DNA of 32,000 bases, from NCBI GenBank assembly GCA_049570475.1, contig CP186953.1, forward strand, positions 803,847 through 835,846, in the 5' to 3' direction. The translations under genes were made by a program, and so were the position numbers. The DNA comes from Candidatus Methanosuratincola verstraetei. GTDB lineage: Archaea; Thermoproteota; Methanomethylicia; Methanomethylicales; Methanomethylicaceae. Below, in pieces: positions 28,639 to 32,000 of this stretch. The stretch's first letter is position 1. Each line of letters starts with the position of its first letter. A model generated the notes under the pieces. It was not told the origin of the DNA, did not search any database, and saw only the letters and a program-made list of their open reading frames with translations.

Positions 28639-29703
28639 ATGGATGTAGAGTCAAGGGTTGATCTGATATCAAGGAACGCTCTTGAAATAATCACAAGGGA
28701 GGATGCAATAACAGCATTACAAACATCCTCGTCTCCAAAGGGATACATCGGGGTTGAGCCATCAGGGCTCTTCCATTTAGGGTGGCTAATCTGGGTGAAC
28801 AAGTTTAGGGATATGATGAAAGCCGGAATCAAGATGACCCTCTTGGAAGCGACTTGGCATGCCTGGATCAACGACAAATTCGGCGGGGACCTCAAAAAAA
28901 TCCATGCTTGCGCAAAATATATCGAGCATTCCTTAACGGCGCTAGGGATAGACCTATCCGAAGTAAATATCGTAAAGGCGGATGCGCTTGTTGAGGACAA
29001 AGCATACTGGGAGGGCATATTGAGAACGGCAAAGCAGCTTTCCCTGTCTAGGATTAAAAGGGCTGTTACAATTATGGGGAGAAAGGAGGATGAAGCTTCG
29101 ATCGACTTCTCAAAGCTAATATACCCTTGCATGCAGGTAGAGGACATCTTTTACCTGGATCTGGATTTCTGCTTGGGTGGGATGGATCAGAGGCGTGCAC
29201 ATGTACTCGCAAGGGAGGTGGCTGAGGCTTATTCCATCAAAAAGCCGGTAGCTGTGCACACGCCGCTTCTCTCTGCTCTCCAAGGTGGAGGCAGGATGGA
29301 TGTAATAGGGGACGAGGAGGGCATTATAGATATGAAGATGAGCAAATCGAAGCCTGACACTTGCATATTCATTCATGATTCGCCAGAACAAATACGATCG
29401 AAGATAGCCTCTGCCTACTGCCCGCCAAAGACGATTGAGATGAATCCTGTATTGGACATCGCTAAATACATACTCATGTGGGATCGCTCCTTTGAGCTAT
29501 CGCGCCCAGCAAAATACGGGGGCAACATCTCTTTTGAAACACAGAATGAGCTAATTGAGTCATACAGGGCAGGTCTTGTTCATCCTCTTGACCTGAAAAA
29601 TGGCGTCTCCGATGGGCTCATATCGCTCTTGGACCCCGTTAGGCGGTACTTCAGCTCCAACACTGAAGCATCTGATCTGTTGCGCCTTCTCTGTCCGAGA
29701 TAG
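28639..29703 (+). CDS. tyrS: Tyrosine-tRNA ligase (archaeal type)
   Basis: It aligns by eye along its length with M. jannaschii TyrRS as I recall it. Matches are YIGVEPSG vs YIGFEPSG, IYPCMQVEDIFY...GGMDQRRAHVLARE vs IYPIMQVNDIHY...GGMEQRKIHMLARE, KMSKS, DSPEQIRSKIASAYCP, NPVLDIAKY and HPLDLKN. Confidence 0.9.
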   Translation: MDVESRVDLISRNALEIITREDAITALQTSSSPKGYIGVEPSGLFHLGWLIWVNKFRDMMKAGIKMTLLEATWHAWINDKFGGDLKKIHACAKYIEHSLTALGIDLSEVNIVKADALVEDKAYWEGILRTAKQLSLSRIKRAVTIMGRKEDEASIDFSKLIYPCMQVEDIFYLDLDFCLGGMDQRRAHVLAREVAEAYSIKKPVAVHTPLLSALQGGGRMDVIGDEEGIIDMKMSKSKPDTCIFIHDSPEQIRSKIASAYCPPKTIEMNPVLDIAKYILMWDRSFELSRPAKYGGNISFETQNELIESYRAGLVHPLDLKNGVSDGLISLLDPVRRYFSSNTEASDLLRLLCPR

Positions 29704-29721
29704 CAAGGTTTTTAAGTTAAT

Positions 29722-29729
29722 TGTTTTTT
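29722..29729 (+). terminator. Oligo-T tract downstream of tyrS
   Basis: A T7-T8 run begins 19 nt after the tyrS stop, and a T5 run lies at 29709-29713. Oligo-T is the usual archaeal termination signal. Confidence 0.4.
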
Positions 29730-29856
29730 TATGAATTTGAACAATGTTATAGAGTGGATAAGGAGTCTTGTTTCACATGAAGTTCACTTATTTACAGAAC
29801 AATAATTCCGCCGCCTTTGGCCTGGATACGGCCTGATTTTTTGGGGGGCATGGTAT

Positions 29857-31143
29857 ATGGGCGGCACGCCAACAACTGCAAAGTATACTATTTACGCAAA
29901 TATTGAAATTGACGGAGTAGTTGACAAGCCTGACGTGATTGGGGCGATATTCGGCCAGACCGAGGGCCTTCTGGGGGAAGATTTGGATCTAAGAGAACTC
30001 CAGAAAAGTGGGCGAATCGGCAGGATACAGGTGGACATGGAATCGAAATCCGGAAAGTCATTCGGAGAGGTAGTCATTCCCTCAAGTTTGGATCGTGTGG
30101 AAACTGCCATTATTGCAGCAGCGATCGAGACTATCGACAAAGTTGGTCCCTGCACGGCGCGGGTCGAGATCAAAAAAATTGAGGATGTCAGGGAAGAAAA
30201 GAGGCGCAAGATAATTGATAGGGCACGTGACATACTGATCCATTGGGAGACTGAAGGCGCATTCGAAATTAAGGAGCTGTCTGAGGAAATAATGAAGTCT
30301 GTCAGGGTCCATGCCATAGGCAAATACGGTCCTGACAATTTGCCATGCGGGCCAGATGTTGACAAGTCCGACACAGTCATCGTTACTGAGGGCCGTGCAG
30401 ACGTGGTAAACATGCTTCGCCACGGGTACAAGAATGTAATAGGGATGGATGGCGCCTCAGTTCCAGACACAATTAAAGAACTAAGCAAGAAGAAAACAAT
30501 TATCGCATTTGTGGACGGCGACCGGGGAGGGGAGCTGATCCTCCGCGAACTGTTCCAAGTTGCCGACATTGATTACGTCGCTAGAGCCCCCCCAGGGAAG
30601 GAAGTCGAGGACTTGACTGGGAAGGAGCTAGCAAAGTATCTGAGGGCGAAGATACCTGCAGAACAATACCTGCTCATGATGGGCGAAAAGAAAAGAGATC
30701 ACACCACTGAGGTCGAAGTCAAGCCAAAGCATTCCAAGGTCGAAGAGAAGGCTGTAAGCTTGCCCGAGCCGCAAAAGCCCGAAGTGGCAGAGACGCCTGA
30801 AAAACCTGAACCAGAGAAACCCGCGCCTCGTTTGGAAATCCCCGAGTCTGATCTTGAGAAGCTCCGTTCGTTGGTAAATGAGCTGCAGGGCAGTCTGGAA
30901 GGGGTCCTGACCGACGAGAATTGGGAAGTCAAGCAAAAAGTAGCAGTTCGTGAGCTTGCAGAGCTTTTGCAGAGCTCCGAGAGCAAGCCATTCGCAGTCA
31001 TTTTCGACGGAGTGATAACACAGCGCCTTCTTGACATATCAAATAGCAAAGGGGTATCATATCTGGTTGGTGCAAGGATAGGAAACATCGCTAAGAGGCC
31101 CCAGAATATAAAAATCATGGTCTTCGACGATATTACAAAGTGA
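29857..31143 (+). CDS. dnaG: DNA primase DnaG (archaeal Toprim protein)
   Basis: The N-terminus DVIGAIFGQTEGLLGEDLDLRELQKSGRIGRI is characteristic of archaeal DnaG. The Toprim motifs are VIVTEGRADV and FVDGDRGGE. Confidence 0.9.
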   Translation: MGGTPTTAKYTIYANIEIDGVVDKPDVIGAIFGQTEGLLGEDLDLRELQKSGRIGRIQVDMESKSGKSFGEVVIPSSLDRVETAIIAAAIETIDKVGPCTARVEIKKIEDVREEKRRKIIDRARDILIHWETEGAFEIKELSEEIMKSVRVHAIGKYGPDNLPCGPDVDKSDTVIVTEGRADVVNMLRHGYKNVIGMDGASVPDTIKELSKKKTIIAFVDGDRGGELILRELFQVADIDYVARAPPGKEVEDLTGKELAKYLRAKIPAEQYLLMMGEKKRDHTTEVEVKPKHSKVEEKAVSLPEPQKPEVAETPEKPEPEKPAPRLEIPESDLEKLRSLVNELQGSLEGVLTDENWEVKQKVAVRELAELLQSSESKPFAVIFDGVITQRLLDISNSKGVSYLVGARIGNIAKRPQNIKIMVFDDITK

Positions 31144-31579
31144 GCTCCATTACTTCAGCCGCTTCTCCGTCTTTATAATACCCTTTGATTTCTTTTTTTG
31201 TCTCAAATCCAAACTTCTGATAGAGTGACTTTGCCTCAAAATTGGACTTTCTTACCTCCAAGACAATCTTTTTTACGCCCGATCCGGAGAGTCTTTCTAT
31301 GAGCCCCCCCAGGAGGGCTTTGCCCACTCCGCGTCTTCTTTCTTTCTCTGCAACTGCTATTGATATTATGTGCCCCAGCTCATCTTCCCTGAGTAGACCG
31401 ATGGCATAACCGATGATCTCCATTCTAGAAACCGCTACAAGAATCGAACCTGGTAAAAAGAAGAAAGCCTTCAACAACCCACGCGGGTAAGGGTCTGGAA
31501 ATGATTCTAACTCAATCTTGTAGATCGAATCCAAATCTTCAAGTCTGGCATCCCTTATATTGAACTCATAATCAGACAT
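31133..31579 (-). CDS. rimI: GNAT N-acetyltransferase (RimI/Ard1-like)
   Basis: IISIAVAEKERRRGVGKALL acetyl-CoA motif (Q/RxxGxG/A) and LEVRKSN..A..LY.KFGF. The start is placed at MSDYEF. The 3' end overlaps the dnaG 3' end by 11 nt (convergent). Confidence 0.8.
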   Translation of the reverse strand: MSDYEFNIRDARLEDLDSIYKIELESFPDPYPRGLLKAFFFLPGSILVAVSRMEIIGYAIGLLREDELGHIISIAVAEKERRRGVGKALLGGLIERLSGSGVKKIVLEVRKSNFEAKSLYQKFGFETKKEIKGYYKDGEAAEVMELTL

Positions 31580-31638
31580 AGTGCGACAAGGAAAATTCAA
31601 AAGTGTTACAAATATCGTTATTGGAATGGTGCTGAAGT

Positions 31639-32000
31639 TTGCGAGTTATTGAGCTAGACAAGAAAAAAAGGTATGTGGAGCTGGAGGTGGAAGATGAAGA
31701 CGACTTGTGGCACCTTTACAACATGATCGAAATGGGCGATCAGATCTGCGGAAATACCACTCGTGAGATCAAAGTTACCAGAGGAGATCAGGAGGAACGC
31801 GTGGGTAGGAGGCGCGTTTTCCTATGTATTGTAGTTGAAGACACTGGAATTCAGAGCTTTACAGGAAAGCTCAGGGTAAGAGGTAAGATTGTTTCGGCTC
31901 CTGAAGACATGAACATACTCGGCTCTTACCATTCGTTTGCCTTAAGCCCGCGAGATCGAGTCACTCTAGTTAAAGAGAATTGGACTTCATTCTTTGAAGA
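31639..32000 (+). CDS. pelA: Pelota (aPelota/Dom34) N-terminal part, continues beyond the right edge
   Basis: This open frame is not in the supplied ORF track because there is no stop in the window. It reads (TTG)RVIELDKKKRYVELEVEDEDDLWHLYNMIEMGDQICGNTTREIKV..., with the DDLWHLYN motif typical of Pelota. An in-frame stop lies at 31633-31635. Confidence 0.8.
   Translation, partial: MRVIELDKKKRYVELEVEDEDDLWHLYNMIEMGDQICGNTTREIKVTRGDQEERVGRRRVFLCIVVEDTGIQSFTGKLRVRGKIVSAPEDMNILGSYHSFALSPRDRVTLVKENWTSFFE

Noticed and set aside
28338-28640. The whole 300-nt pheT-tyrS spacer as SRP (7S) RNA, which has about that size in archaea.
   Set aside because: The two GC-rich domains are separated by a 45-nt AT-rich stretch that contains a TATA-like box and follows a T-run. 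I could not find the helix 8 GGAA ... AGCAGC motif or the Alu-domain UGUAA motif.
29819-29842. GGCC-TGGATAC-GGCC hairpin followed by T6, just upstream of the dnaG ATG, as a bacterial-style intrinsic terminator.
   Set aside because: The stem is only 4 bp. Stronger oligo-T tracts directly follow tyrS at 29709-29729. It may simply be part of the dnaG promoter or leader region.
18483-30569. Long antisense ORFs opposite well-supported genes (18483..19088, 23890..24363, 28593..29147 and 29892..30569).
   Set aside because: Each is the shadow frame of a gene with clear family motifs on the other strand. They are Ser/Thr/Pro/Ile-rich and have no motifs of their own.

Overview
This window looks like an archaeal chromosomal segment made up almost entirely of housekeeping genes. 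The evidence is the 16S 5' end ATCCCGGTTGATCCTGCCGG, aRF1, archaeal DnaG, Pelota, split tRNA genes with bulge-helix-bulge (BHB) introns and TATA-box promoters.

Contents, left to right:
- The 5' part of an RNase P RNA (minus strand, cut by the window edge).
- A cbiM / N-like / Q / O cobalt ECF transporter operon.
- An M32 carboxypeptidase.
- A minus-strand 16S-23S rRNA operon with no spacer tRNA and with long-range processing stems.
- An FKBP isomerase, then divergent tRNA-Ile(GAU) and tRNA-Ala(CGC).
- A Dph6/MJ0570-type ATP-binding protein.
- A roughly 0.9-kb gene-free AT-rich region with decayed ORF fragments.
- proBAC, aRF1, pyrH and a small Zn-ribbon protein.
- Intron-containing tRNA-Leu(CAA).
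- Cupin, GYD, CBS and membrane proteins.
- Intron-containing tRNA-Thr(GGU) and a doubly interrupted tRNA-Trp(CCA).
- An FrhB-like Fe-S protein, a conserved uncharacterised protein and a stand-alone RAM-domain protein.
- An unlinked 5S rRNA.
- A run of DUF1512-like, membrane Zn-ribbon, PPAT, pheS and pheT genes.
- Two GC-rich structured non-coding elements, then tyrS, dnaG, rimI and the start of pelota.

I see no CRISPR array, defence island, intact mobile element or obvious novel multi-gene system.

The most unusual items are:
1. The 300-nt structured pheT-tyrS spacer. It holds a candidate sRNA with its own TATA box and T-run, plus a roughly 120-nt structured tyrS leader.
2. The two-intron tRNA-Trp, whose long intron carries an 8-nt antisense match to its own anticodon loop.
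3. A TyrRS with an H-L-G-W variant of the HIGH motif.
4. Two poorly characterised conserved archaeal gene units.

All coordinates of RNA ends and all start codons are manual estimates.
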